A stretch of DNA of 22,936 nt. Origin: an uncultured Deinococcales bacterium (lineage in GTDB: Bacteria > Deinococcota > Deinococci > Deinococcales > JAAFIG01). Shown one piece after another: positions 1-10,088 of this stretch (position 1 is the first letter of the stretch; every line of letters starts with the position of its first letter). The notes below the pieces were generated by a model that worked only from the letters and a program-made list of their open reading frames with translations, had not been told where the DNA came from and ran no database searches. The translations under genes and the position numbers were made by a program. Location of the stretch: positions 1 through 22,936 of the forward strand of contig CAXTKV010000066.1 in NCBI GenBank assembly GCA_964244895.1, read 5' to 3'.

Positions 1-52
1 GTTCCAGGTGGGGCAGCTCGCTTCGTGCCTCAGGGCGCGTGCCTCAGGAGCT

Positions 53-90
53 CCGTCCAGTACATATCTCGAAATTCGCCCGCTGGACGG
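53..90. repeat. Dispersed palindromic element (family A), degenerate copy
   Basis: CCGTCCAG-N22-CTGGACGG, 38-bp span identical to the best copies. Confidence 0.75.
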
Positions 91-181
91 CGTCCCTGAG
101 CCGCACCCGAGTGGCGCGCCGCCGATCTGTGGCGAGATCCCCGATGGCGCTCGAAAACTCTGAGACAATGCACTCAACGAC

Positions 182-946
182 ATGGACTTCCTTCGCTACC
201 TGATCCCATCGAACCCCATCGGACTGGCGCTGTTCGTGCTGCAAATCGTCTGCATTTACGGCGTGATCTCGAGACGCCACGAGATCTGGTGGGTGCTGGT
301 GATCCTGGTGCTGCCGCTGTTCGGCTGCATGATTTACGTGTCCCGCTACGGCTTCCCGAGCTTCCGGGCGCCGGACGTGAGCGCCCTGGCGGACACGTTC
401 AAATCACCAACGGCCCGAATCAACGACCTCAAGCGCGAACTCGAGGACAAGGACACCGTGGAATTGCACCTGGAACTGGCCCGCGAGTACAAGCGCGCCG
501 GGATGCTGATCGAGGCCGTGCGCGAGATCGAATCGACCAAAAAAGGCATCTACAAGGACGACGCGCACATCACCTTTGAACTGGCCGACGCTCGCTTCGA
601 GCAGGGCGATTACGCTCAGGCGCACGAACTGGTCGCGGAAGTCGTGCAGAATGCGCCCGGCGAGCTGAAAGGCAAGAGCCGCCTGCTGCTGGCGCGCAGC
701 CTCGAGAAACTCGGGTCGGATACCGAAGCCGAAGAGATCTTCAAGAGCGTCTCGCCGCTCGCCTCCGGCGAGGAAGCCCGATTTCGCTACGCGGAGTTTC
801 TGGCCGCTCGGGGCCGCAAGGGCGAAGCCACCAAGCTGCTGGCCGAGTTGCAGAAGAACTACAACCGTTCCGCCCCGATCTACCGCCGTCAGCAGCGCCA
901 GTGGTTCGATCTGGCTCTGAAGCTCGAGCGCGAACTCAAAGCTTGA
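182..946 (+). CDS. Membrane-anchored tetratricopeptide-repeat protein with PLDc_N-like N-terminal two-helix segment
   Basis: 254 aa ORF. Two hydrophobic segments (IGLALFVLQIVCIYGVI; WWVLVILVLPLFGCMIY) followed by TPR-like helices (ELADARFEQGDYAQA, LLLARSLEKLG, EARFRYAEFLAARGR). Confidence 0.8.
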   Translation: MDFLRYLIPSNPIGLALFVLQIVCIYGVISRRHEIWWVLVILVLPLFGCMIYVSRYGFPSFRAPDVSALADTFKSPTARINDLKRELEDKDTVELHLELAREYKRAGMLIEAVREIESTKKGIYKDDAHITFELADARFEQGDYAQAHELVAEVVQNAPGELKGKSRLLLARSLEKLGSDTEAEEIFKSVSPLASGEEARFRYAEFLAARGRKGEATKLLAELQKNYNRSAPIYRRQQRQWFDLALKLERELKA

Positions 947-1004
947 GGCCGGAACCGCGATTGCCCGAGCGAGTCGGCAAGATCTCGAGCGAGGGGCAGG
1001 TCAC

Positions 1005-1100
1005 AGACCTCCCCGTGCAAAAACCGCCGTCCTGTAGGGGTAAACCTTGCGTTCACCGTCGCGCCGACCCGCAATCGAGACTGACTTTCCCAGGAGGTCT
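1005..1100. mobile_element. MITE-like element (family B) copy 1
   Basis: Ends AGACCTCC...GGAGGTCT; its reverse complement aligns over ~75 nt with 19663 onward; contains a GTAG REP-like hairpin at 1034-1057. Confidence 0.65.
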
Positions 1101-1110
1101 ATTCTCGAGC

Positions 1111-1156
1111 ATGCCGTCCAGCACGCGCATCTAGGAATGCGTGCTGGACGGTGTTC
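1111..1156. repeat. Dispersed palindromic element (family A)
   Basis: CCGTCCAGCACGC-N12-GCGTGCTGGACGG, immediately after the vWA stop codon. Confidence 0.9.
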
Positions 1157-1157
1157 T

Positions 1158-2120
1158 TTACAGCACGCGACGGGAAACTTGAGAAGCCAGCAAGGACGCG
1201 AACAGGAACAATCCGGCGATGGCCGACAGAATGCCCGTGACCTCGCCGGGTTTGGTCGTCCAGCCGATGCTGCGCCCCAGACCCTTGTAAATGCTCGAGA
1301 GCTGCCCGGCGCTGCGCGCCTCGAAGTATTCTCCGCCCGTGGTTCGGGCGATTGAACGCAGCGTCTCCGGGTCGAAACCGACCATGAAGCCGCCACCGTT
1401 CTCGCCCAGGTTCAAGTAACCGCCCTCGGTGCCCAGACCGACGGTGTAGACCTTGACTTTGAGATCTCGAGCCAGGGCCGCGCCTTCTTGCGGGTCGGGT
1501 GGACGGTTGTTGCGCCCGTCGGTCAAGAGCACCACGGCGGCGGGTGGCAGGTTGTCAATTTTGGGATCATTTTCGCCCCGCGCGGGCAGTGCGCGCACGG
1601 CCTCGATGATGCCTTTGCCGATGGCCGTGCCGCGCCCGAGCGTCAGGTTGTCGATCGCCTGAAGGATCTGATCGTGATCCGCCGTCGGTGGGGTGTCCAG
1701 CGTGGAATATCCGGCGAACGACACCAGCCCGACCTTGGTGCCCGACGGAAGCTGCCGGACGAAGATCCTGGCGGCATCCTGCGCAGCCTGAAAGCGCGTC
1801 GGTAAAATGTCGGTGGCGTTCATGGACAACGACACGTCGATGGCCATCATGATCGTGGTCTTGTTGTCCGGCACGGGCAGCGGCGCGGTCGGTCTGGCCA
1901 GCCCGAGGATGCCCACGGCCAGCGCGTCCACGAACAAAATCGCGGGGATGAAACGCGCAAACCTCGAGCCCCTGGCTCCAGCCCTGGCCAGCACCTCGAA
2001 ATCTGGGTGCAGCACGACCGCCTCGGAATGCCGCTCGAGGTTGTGTCGGTACAACCAGATCGCCACGGGAATCAGCAGCAATCCCAGCAACGCCCACGGC
2101 CAGAGAAACGCGACGCCCAT
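1158..2120 (-). CDS. Membrane vWA-domain protein (BatA-like N-terminus), paralog 4 of the MoxR cluster
   Basis: FLWPWALLGLLLIP N-terminus, LARP motif, intact MIDAS (DVSLS...GTAIG...LTDG), C-terminal TM ending RRVL. Confidence 0.92.
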   Translation of the reverse strand: MGVAFLWPWALLGLLLIPVAIWLYRHNLERHSEAVVLHPDFEVLARAGARGSRFARFIPAILFVDALAVGILGLARPTAPLPVPDNKTTIMMAIDVSLSMNATDILPTRFQAAQDAARIFVRQLPSGTKVGLVSFAGYSTLDTPPTADHDQILQAIDNLTLGRGTAIGKGIIEAVRALPARGENDPKIDNLPPAAVVLLTDGRNNRPPDPQEGAALARDLKVKVYTVGLGTEGGYLNLGENGGGFMVGFDPETLRSIARTTGGEYFEARSAGQLSSIYKGLGRSIGWTTKPGEVTGILSAIAGLFLFASLLASQVSRRVL

Positions 2121-2124
2121 AGGT

Positions 2125-3087
2125 CTAGACTACCCTTCTGAACGTGAGATTGGCGGTCACGCCCGCGACCAGAAAGAGCGCCGCTGCCAGCGCGAGAAAC
2201 CCCGAGATTTCCGTGCGTGCCGCGCGAAAGCCGATGGATTTGGCCAGGTCGCGGTACACGCCCTCGAGCTTGCTGGCGTCGTCCACGAAAAAGTATTGAC
2301 CCTCGGCGCGCTGTGCGATGCCGCGCAAGGTCTGTTCGTCGAATCGCGCGAAGGCGGACATGCCCGGCGGCAAGCCGGGAATCGGGCCGTCCGTGACGGT
2401 TCCAACGCCGACCGTGTAGACCTTCACTTTTCGCCTTTTGGCCTCGAGCGCCATCTCGAGGGGATCGGAACCGCCGTAGTTGCGCCCATCGGAGAGCAGA
2501 ATCACGACTTCCGGATCGAGGCTGGTGCGGTTGCCGGTGGTCGCTAGATCGTTGCTGGGCAGCGCCTCGAGACTCAGTTTCAGGCCGTCCCCGATGACGG
2601 TTCCGATGTCCAGATCGAGCGTGTCCACGATCTCGAGCAGGCGTTGGTGATCGTTGGACGGCGGTTGGTTGAGGGTCGCGTAGCGCGCGAAGGTCACGAG
2701 CCCCACGTTAGACGCGGCGGGTAAGGATCTGACGAAGGTTTTCAAGGCGGCTTTCGCGGCATCGAAGCGCGTCGGCAGCACGTCCTGGGCCATCATGGAT
2801 CGGCTGACATCGAGCGCCAGCACGATCCGCGTGCGGTCATCGGGGACGGGCACGGTCGCGTGCGGTCTGGCCAGCCCGAAAATGCCCGCCGCGATGCCGA
2901 TACCGAACAGCGCGGCTCCCAGGTGGCGCGTCCAGGACGGTGTTCTCTGAGATGCGACCGCCAGCAAGGCCGCGTCCGAATGCACTACCAGCGATTCATC
3001 GCGCGTCCGCCGGATGGCGTTGATGTACGCCAGAACCCCCACCGGCACGAGCAGCAACGCGATCAGCGCGGGCCACCACTCGAACAT
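2125..3087 (-). CDS. Membrane vWA-domain protein, paralog 3
   Basis: FEWWPALIALLL N-terminus, LARP, MIDAS DVSRS...GTVIG...LSDG, C-terminal TM ending RRVV. ATG directly abuts the upstream gene's TGA. Confidence 0.92.
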   Translation of the reverse strand: MFEWWPALIALLLVPVGVLAYINAIRRTRDESLVVHSDAALLAVASQRTPSWTRHLGAALFGIGIAAGIFGLARPHATVPVPDDRTRIVLALDVSRSMMAQDVLPTRFDAAKAALKTFVRSLPAASNVGLVTFARYATLNQPPSNDHQRLLEIVDTLDLDIGTVIGDGLKLSLEALPSNDLATTGNRTSLDPEVVILLSDGRNYGGSDPLEMALEAKRRKVKVYTVGVGTVTDGPIPGLPPGMSAFARFDEQTLRGIAQRAEGQYFFVDDASKLEGVYRDLAKSIGFRAARTEISGFLALAAALFLVAGVTANLTFRRVV

Positions 3088-3996
3088 TCAGACTACCCGC
3101 CGACCGAAGGCCGAAGCCGTCAGGCTGGTCAACAGCAGCAACCCCGCCGCCAGCGCGACCGCGCCCGTGACTTCGCTCTGCTCGAGCCTGAAGCCCACGA
3201 TCCTCGAGAGGTGTTCGCTCGCTAGGCTGAGGTCGGCGGCGGAATAGATCGGGTAGTACCTGCCGCCCGCGCGATCGGTGACGCGCTTCAAGGGTTCCTC
3301 GTCGAAGTTGCTGCCGTGCGTGCCGACGCCGACGGCGTGAATCGTGATGCCGCGCCGGGCGGCTTTGAGCGCCACGTCCACCGGATTCCTGCCGCTGCGG
3401 TCGTGCCCGTGCGAGTACAGCACGATGGTTCGTGCGCCCTTCGGAATTCCGGCATCCGATTCCGGGAACGCGGTCAGCGCCTCGTCCAATCCCGGCAGGA
3501 ACGAGTAACCCGAGCCCGGTTCGAGGGTCTCGAGGGCATCCGTGATTTTCTGGCGATCCGTCGTCAACGGCACGACCGTGTTCGCGCCGCCCGAGTACGT
3601 CACCAGGCTGACGCGCACGCCTGCGGGCAGGTCCTTGACCAGCGCCCGAATCGCGGTCTTGGTGGCTTCCAGACGGCTGGGAGCAATGTCGGTCTGGTAC
3701 ATCGAATAGCTCGATTCGAGCACGATCACCAGCCCCGCGCGGTCGTCCGGGACGGGAACGGGCATGAGCGGTCTGGCCAGCGCGATCAGGCCCAACAGCG
3801 CCGCCAACCCGAACAGTCCCGGATTGACGTAACGCGCCCAGACTGACCCGAACCGTCCCGCGATCTCGAGCCGCGCCAGGTCGGTCTGATAGGCGATGCC
3901 CTCGAGCCCGACGCGATCCGAGAGCCGCCGATACGCCAATAGCGCCAGCGGAATCCCGGCGATACCGACGAGCGCGAGCGGCCACAGGAAATTCAC
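3088..3996 (-). CDS. Membrane vWA-domain protein with degenerate MIDAS, paralog 2
   Basis: GTG start with GGAGGTGA RBS. Same architecture as the paralogs, but MIDAS positions read ESSYS...GYSF...YSHG. Confidence 0.9.
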   Translation of the reverse strand: MNFLWPLALVGIAGIPLALLAYRRLSDRVGLEGIAYQTDLARLEIAGRFGSVWARYVNPGLFGLAALLGLIALARPLMPVPVPDDRAGLVIVLESSYSMYQTDIAPSRLEATKTAIRALVKDLPAGVRVSLVTYSGGANTVVPLTTDRQKITDALETLEPGSGYSFLPGLDEALTAFPESDAGIPKGARTIVLYSHGHDRSGRNPVDVALKAARRGITIHAVGVGTHGSNFDEEPLKRVTDRAGGRYYPIYSAADLSLASEHLSRIVGFRLEQSEVTGAVALAAGLLLLTSLTASAFGRRVV

Positions 3997-4056
3997 GGTT
4001 CACCTCCAGAGTGGGCGGTTGCGGATCGCGACGGCGATTCAACACTGATGCGAGCG

Positions 4057-4103
4057 AAGACCGTCCCCTACGACACCCTTAAAAACGCGTCCAGGACGGT
4101 CTT
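4057..4103. repeat. Dispersed palindromic element (family A), variant
   Basis: AAGACCGTCC...ACGCGTCCAGGACGGTCTT between two vWA genes. Confidence 0.75.
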
Positions 4104-4110
4104 TTGGCCT

Positions 4111-5130
4111 TCACGGAACCCGCCTCTGCCAGCGCAAACTCAAACCCGCCCCGACCAGCATCAACGCGACCGCCAGACCGGATAGCAAGCCCGAAATCTC
4201 GAGCTTGGTCGGTTCCCAGACGATCACCGTCCCGAGTTCCTTGTAAATCGTGGAGAGCGCTTCCTTGGTCGGCGGAAAGACGTACTTGCCGGACGTTAAC
4301 TGCGCGAGCTGCTGCAAGGATTTCGCATCGAACGGCACGAAGTAACTGCGGCCCTGAATCTGCGTGACCGCGCCACCTTCTTGTCCCACGCCGACCGTGT
4401 ACACCTTGACCTTGTTGTCCTGCGCGAACTTGGCCGCCACCAACGGGTTCGCGCCCGTGTTCGGCACGCCGTCCGACATCATCAAGATGGCGCCCGGCGG
4501 CAGCGTGGCCGGATCGGGCGGCGGATTGTTCGGATCGGGCTTGGGCGCTTGCAGGCCGCGCGGCAACAATTCTGGCGGCGTGACGGTGTTCTTGCGGCCC
4601 GGCAAACCCTTGACGCTGCTGACGATCACGCTCGAGAAACTCGTATTCTCCGCGATCTTGACGCGATCCAACGCGTCCGAAAGCGCCTGACGATCCGTGG
4701 TCGGCGGCACCAGCACCGAGGCGGAATCCGAGAAACTGACCAGCCCGATCTTGGTCGTGGCGGGCGCGAGCTTGATGAATTCCTTCGCCAGGGCCTTCGA
4801 CGCCTCGAGCCGGGTGGGTTTCAGGTCGTCCGCCAGCATCGATTTGGAACTGTCCAGCGCGATCATCACGGCGGCCTTGTTGGCGGGTAGCGTCGGCGAC
4901 GCCACCGGCCTGGACGCGGCGAATAAGAGCGCTGTCAACGCCAGGATTTGCAACGCCAGAGGCCAGCGCTCGTGCGCCACGGGCGCTGGACGCACGACCG
5001 TCGGCAGCAGGTGCGAATCCGCGAAGGCGCGCGCCGTCTGCTCGCGGCGGCGCTCCGCCAACCGGAGCGCCAGCACCGCCACCGGGACGAGCAAGAGCAG
5101 CCACAACAGCGCGGGCCAAGTGAAACTCAT
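4111..5130 (-). CDS. Membrane vWA-domain protein with Pro-rich insertion, paralog 1
   Basis: ATG at 5130 (MSFTWP) preferred over 5139: GAGGTGG RBS upstream and match to the paralog N-termini. MIDAS DSSKS...NT...MSDG; insertion TPPELLPRGLQAPKPDPNNPPPDP. Confidence 0.9.
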   Translation of the reverse strand: MSFTWPALLWLLLLVPVAVLALRLAERRREQTARAFADSHLLPTVVRPAPVAHERWPLALQILALTALLFAASRPVASPTLPANKAAVMIALDSSKSMLADDLKPTRLEASKALAKEFIKLAPATTKIGLVSFSDSASVLVPPTTDRQALSDALDRVKIAENTSFSSVIVSSVKGLPGRKNTVTPPELLPRGLQAPKPDPNNPPPDPATLPPGAILMMSDGVPNTGANPLVAAKFAQDNKVKVYTVGVGQEGGAVTQIQGRSYFVPFDAKSLQQLAQLTSGKYVFPPTKEALSTIYKELGTVIVWEPTKLEISGLLSGLAVALMLVGAGLSLRWQRRVP

Positions 5131-5160
5131 CGCGTCCACCTCTCGAGATTCGAGGTTGAG

Positions 5161-5217
5161 AACACCGTCTGGGACGCGGTTTTCTCGAGACTCGAGAATG
5201 TCGTGCTGGACGGTATT
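5161..5217. repeat. Dispersed palindromic element (family A) with expanded spacer holding two CTCGAG
   Basis: AACACCGTCTGGGACGCG...CGTGCTGGACGGTATT. Confidence 0.8.
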
Positions 5218-5245
5218 TTTTGGAATTTCAAAAACGGTTCCGGGC

Positions 5246-5305
5246 GAGGGCGAACGTGCTGCTCGCCCCTACGCGACGGGTTTCGTAGGGGCGAGCAGCA
5301 CGCCC
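5246..5305. repeat. Inverted GTAG-type REP doublet (REPIN-like)
   Basis: Perfect 19-bp inverted repeat CGTGCTGCTCGCCCCTACG / CGTAGGGGCGAGCAGCACG; the unit reads GTAG-GGGCGA-N9-TCGCCC. Confidence 0.8.
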
Positions 5306-5449
5306 GTGCGCGTAAGGCGCGCCGCATTCGCCCTGCCGTCGGCAACGATCCATCGCGCGCGGTTTCGGTCATGGCCCAAGGCACGAGTGACAGGTTATTA
5401 AGGCATAAAAAGACCGTACCAGACGGTTTCTCTGGAGCCTGACGCGCGT

Positions 5450-6456
5450 TCATCTGCGCCCCCGACGCTTCGCCACGAATTTCAGGATCGGCCCGACGAT
5501 GTCCTGCTCGGTCGAAAGTTCCAGCGTGTCGATCCGCGCAGCGCGGAAGGCGCGTTTGATCGTCTCGTCGCGCTCGAGTACCAGCCGGGCGTGGGCGGCG
5601 CGCACACGCGGGTCGCCGGTGTCGATCCAGACCTCGCGCCCGGATTCGGGATCGCGGAAGCGCAACCCGCCGACCTTCGGCAGTTCGCGCTCCGCCGGGT
5701 CGCTGACGCGCACGCCGATCACGTCGTGGCGCTGCGCCAGCCGCCCGAGCGGTCTGACCCAGGCCGGTTCGGTCAGGGCGGGATTCTGGCTCGAGATGAA
5801 ATCCGAGACCACGAACACCAGCCCGCGCCGCTTGATGGATCGCTCCACCTGCTCGAGCGCGTCCTCGAGTTTCTCGAATTTGCCCAGTGCGCCCTGCGCT
5901 TTCGGGCCGAGACCCATCAGCCTGCCGACGATCTCGAAGGCCTGGTTGCGACCGTTGCGCGGCGGAACCATCACCAGACCCGATTCGGAGACGCCGACCG
6001 CGCCGATCTTGTCGCCGCGCCGGGTGATGACGCTCGCCACCAGCGCCGCGAACTCGAGCGCCTCGTCGCGCTTCAGGACGCGCCGCGTGCCGAAGTTCAT
6101 GCTGCCGGACAGGTCCACGATCATCCAGACCGTGACCTCGCGCTCCTCGCGGTACTGGCGCACGTGCAGCTTTCCGGAACGCGCCGTGACGTTCCAGTCC
6201 ATGCGCCGGACTTCATCGCCGGGCTGGTACTCGCGCACCTCGGCCAGGTCGAGGCTGGGGCCGTAAAAAATGCCCGTGTAATCGCCGAACAAGAAGCCGT
6301 CCAGGCGCTTTAAAACCTTGAACTCGATGCGGCGCAGCAGTTGCGCCGGGAGCTCGCGGGTTTTCGGCCTTTGCGGCGCCTCGAGGACAGCTCGCGTCTG
6401 GGACGGTGTTCTCGAGGGCGGCACTTTTGCCCCGACCCGAGATCGGCGAAAGAGGG

Positions 6457-6460
<4 letters not shown>
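5450..6460 (-). CDS. DUF58 domain-containing protein (MoxR-associated)
   Basis: EVREYQPGDEVRRMDWNVTAR, VDLSGSM and VVSDF motifs; ATGA overlap with the moxR stop. Confidence 0.93.
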
Positions 6461-7509
<1,049 letters not shown>

Positions 7510-7572
7510 GCGTGGTTCCTCCGGGTGATGCCGCTTATCAATTATCTTGAACGCGTGCTGGGCGATGGCTGT

Positions 7573-7602
7573 AAAAACGCGTCCTGGACGGTGTTCTCGA
7601 GA
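7573..7602. repeat. Family A single arm
   Basis: AAAAACGCGTCCTGGACGGTGTTCTCGAGA. Confidence 0.8.
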
Positions 7603-7615
7603 AACAAGTTATGGC

Positions 7616-8155
7616 TTAACTGCGGTTATTCGGTGCGGGTGGCGTCGGTTGCTGCGGCAAATTCGGTGGCAGGTTCGGCGTCGGGTTGCCCGGATTGCCG
7701 CCACCTCCAGAACCGCCGCCCGGATCCAAAGGGATCAACTCCTGCGGCCCGCCCGGTGTCCCTGGGCCGGGGCCGTTGCCCTGACCGGGTTGCTGACCCG
7801 GCTGCTGACCGGGCGCGGGGAACTGGAACAGCCTGCCGTCCTGGTAGATGTAGACCGGGCATTTCCCCTGACCCTGCCCCGGAACGGGCGGGCCAGGTTG
7901 CTGACCGGGCGTCTGCTGGCCCGGCCCCGGCAACGGAATCAATTCCTGCGGCGTCTGCTGCTGTCCCAGACCGGGCGCTTGCTGATCCTGCACGGGGATC
8001 AATCGCGGCGTTTGAACTCGGGCTTCCAGCGTCGGTTGCGGCGTGGTGATTCGGCCCAGCGCGAAGCTGGAAAGCGCGATGGTCGCGCCACCGATCAGAA
8101 AAGCCAGCGCTTTCAGCGCGTGCGTTCGGGCGGCGCTGCTTCGTTCGGTTGCCAC
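7616..8155 (-). CDS. Pro/Gln/Gly-rich exported or membrane-anchored hypothetical protein
   Basis: GTG start with GGAGGT RBS; hydrophobic N-terminal segment ALAFLIGGATIALSSFALG; low-complexity body with PQELIPL twice. Confidence 0.82.
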   Translation of the reverse strand: MATERSSAARTHALKALAFLIGGATIALSSFALGRITTPQPTLEARVQTPRLIPVQDQQAPGLGQQQTPQELIPLPGPGQQTPGQQPGPPVPGQGQGKCPVYIYQDGRLFQFPAPGQQPGQQPGQGNGPGPGTPGGPQELIPLDPGGGSGGGGNPGNPTPNLPPNLPQQPTPPAPNNRS

Positions 8156-8353
8156 GTGAAACCTCCCAGGCGAGGGGCGATAACGGATTTCACGAAGTGT
8201 AAACCGCCGAGGTCAGAGGAAACTGAGAGCCGCGCACACTGCGCCGTGCCAGACGTGAAGATTCTGCGAAGATCGCGTCTGGAAGCCGTACTGGACGGGA
8301 TTCGCTTGCTGGTATCCGGAATCAGGTGGCTTCCGAGCTTCGATCCTGCTCCC

Positions 8354-8380
8354 GAGAACACCGTCTAGGACAGTGTTCTC
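8354..8380. repeat. Family A collapsed single-site palindrome
   Basis: GAGAACACCGTCTAGGACAGTGTTCTC. Confidence 0.75.
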
Positions 8381-8452
8381 TATTTCTCGAGAAGATCGTT
8401 CCAGACAGCGTTTTTAAGTCTCGCACTCGAGATCCCGCTGACGCCTAGCGGA

Positions 8453-8458
8453 TAGAAT
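8453..8458 (+). promoter_or_regulatory. -10 element of a probable leaderless transcript (dehydrogenase)
   Basis: TAGAAT 5 nt before the ATG, no SD. Confidence 0.55.
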
Positions 8459-8463
8459 GACTG

Positions 8464-9426
8464 ATGCCGAAGATCCTCGTGCCCCAATCTATTGACTGGA
8501 CGCTGCCCGAACTACCGCTCGAGATCGTGCGCTTCGACGCCGCCCAGCCCATCGCACCCGAAGCCCTGGCGTGCGAGGCGATGATTGTCTGGAACACGCC
8601 GCGCAAAGTCCTGCACGGCCTGATCGAAACCATGCCGAACCTGCGCTGGGTTCAGGCCATCTCCGCTGGCGTGGATCACGTCCTGAGCGCCCCGTTGCGC
8701 CCCGAAACGCTCGTCTCCAACGGCAAGGGCTTGCACGACGCGCCGACCGCCGAGATCGCCCTGGCACTGTTGATGAGCGCCGCGCGCGGAATGCACCTGT
8801 ACCGCGACGCGCAAGGCCGCGCCGAATGGGATCGGGGCGCGTACCAGAACCAGCTTCTGGGTCGCGCGCCGTTCCTGGGAACCCTGGAAGATGCCCGCGT
8901 GCTGATCCTGGGCATGGGCAGCATCGGCCTCGAGATCGCCAGGCGCGTTTCAACGTTTGGGGCTCACGTCGAAGGCGTGGCGACCACGGCGGGCGTGCGC
9001 GAGGGCTACACCACCCACGCTTTCTCGAGCCTGGAGAAACTCTTGCCCGACGTGGATGCGCTGGTGATGGTCTTACCGGACACGCCGGACACGCACGGCA
9101 TTCTTTCAAAAGAGCGCATCGCGCTGATGCACCCGAAATCCTGGGTCGTGAACGTCGGACGCGGCAGTGCGATAGACGAACCCGCCCTGATCGACGCGCT
9201 CGAGCAGGGGAGACTCGGCGGTGCGGCAATGGACGTGACATCCCGCGAACCATTGCCCACGGATTCAAAACTGTGGTCGCTCGAGAACGTCGTGCTGACG
9301 CCCCACATTGGCGGCGGCGGCCCGAGGTTCTACGCCAAAGCCAACGCGTTGATTCAGCGCAATGCCGAACACTTCCTGCGCGGCGAACCGCTCGAGAACA
9401 TCGTCAACCGCGAGAAGGGGTATTGA
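8464..9426 (+). CDS. D-2-hydroxyacid dehydrogenase family protein, NAD(P)-dependent
   Basis: SAGVDH, GMGSIG dinucleotide-binding motif, VNVGRG, DVTSREPLP, LTPHIGG catalytic motifs. Confidence 0.93.
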   Translation: MPKILVPQSIDWTLPELPLEIVRFDAAQPIAPEALACEAMIVWNTPRKVLHGLIETMPNLRWVQAISAGVDHVLSAPLRPETLVSNGKGLHDAPTAEIALALLMSAARGMHLYRDAQGRAEWDRGAYQNQLLGRAPFLGTLEDARVLILGMGSIGLEIARRVSTFGAHVEGVATTAGVREGYTTHAFSSLEKLLPDVDALVMVLPDTPDTHGILSKERIALMHPKSWVVNVGRGSAIDEPALIDALEQGRLGGAAMDVTSREPLPTDSKLWSLENVVLTPHIGGGGPRFYAKANALIQRNAEHFLRGEPLENIVNREKGY

Positions 9427-9432
9427 ACGCCC

Positions 9433-9822
9433 GTGATCGAATTCGTCGCCCGGCGGTGCATCGTCGCGGAACTTGAAGATGTTGGCGCGTTCGTGATCGC
9501 GCTGTACGACGACCGGGATGATCCGAGCGAATGGCTCGAGATTCAAAAAAGCCTGGATGCCGAAGACCAAGAACCCGACATGGACGGGTACTGCATCTGC
9601 ACCAGCGATGGTGCGACCCACTACGGAGGCATCCTGGCATGCGTCCTCGACCGGCATTTCCTCGAGCTGCGTCTTTCAAAAAATGCTGCCCAAGCCCTCG
9701 GATTCGATCACCTGAAGGTTCGTCTTGATGTTTCAAAATCCGAAAAAAATGCGCTCAGGGACGGCCTGAATCACGTTTTTGCAGATAATCCCGCCCGACC
9801 TGAACGCCTGGTACTCGAGTAA
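9433..9822 (+). CDS. Imm10-like immunity protein (orphan)
   Basis: 129 aa acidic protein; pattern F.AR...LEIQKSL...MDGYCICTSDGATHYGGI...LRLS..AAQALG resembles Imm10 as I recall the family. Sequence looks more AT-rich than its neighbours. Confidence 0.65.
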   Translation: MIEFVARRCIVAELEDVGAFVIALYDDRDDPSEWLEIQKSLDAEDQEPDMDGYCICTSDGATHYGGILACVLDRHFLELRLSKNAAQALGFDHLKVRLDVSKSEKNALRDGLNHVFADNPARPERLVLE

Positions 9823-9914
9823 ATATTGATACGAAGCATTCGATCAAACAGCCACTACGCAGTCCTACCCTGTGTGAATGCCGCTGTATGAAATAGGGGA
9901 GGACTGGATTCAAG

Positions 9915-9963
9915 GACACCGTCCAGCACGTATTCCAAAAAACGCTGTCTGGAACGGTGTTTT
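9915..9963. repeat. Dispersed palindromic element (family A), variant right arm
   Basis: GACACCGTCCAGCACG...ACGCTGTCTGGAACGGTGTTTT. Confidence 0.82.
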
Positions 9964-10015
9964 CTCGAGATGCTTACGCATCAACCGCGTCCTGTAAGCA
10001 TCCTGGCCTAGAAAG

Positions 10016-10044
10016 TTGCACTCGGGCGCGAAGCTTTGTAACGT
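10016..10044 (+). promoter_or_regulatory. Putative sigma70-type promoter for the leader/ABC operon
   Basis: TTGCAC (10016-10021), 17-nt spacer, TAACGT (10039-10044). Confidence 0.6.
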
Positions 10045-10088
10045 AAACCCATTAGCCCAACAGGGGACGGAAGGCAGGTGTACGGCGA

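Noticed and set aside
10030..10046. Deinococcus RDRM (DdrO box)
   Set aside because: Only the right half (AACGTAA) matches; it is better explained as the -10 element.
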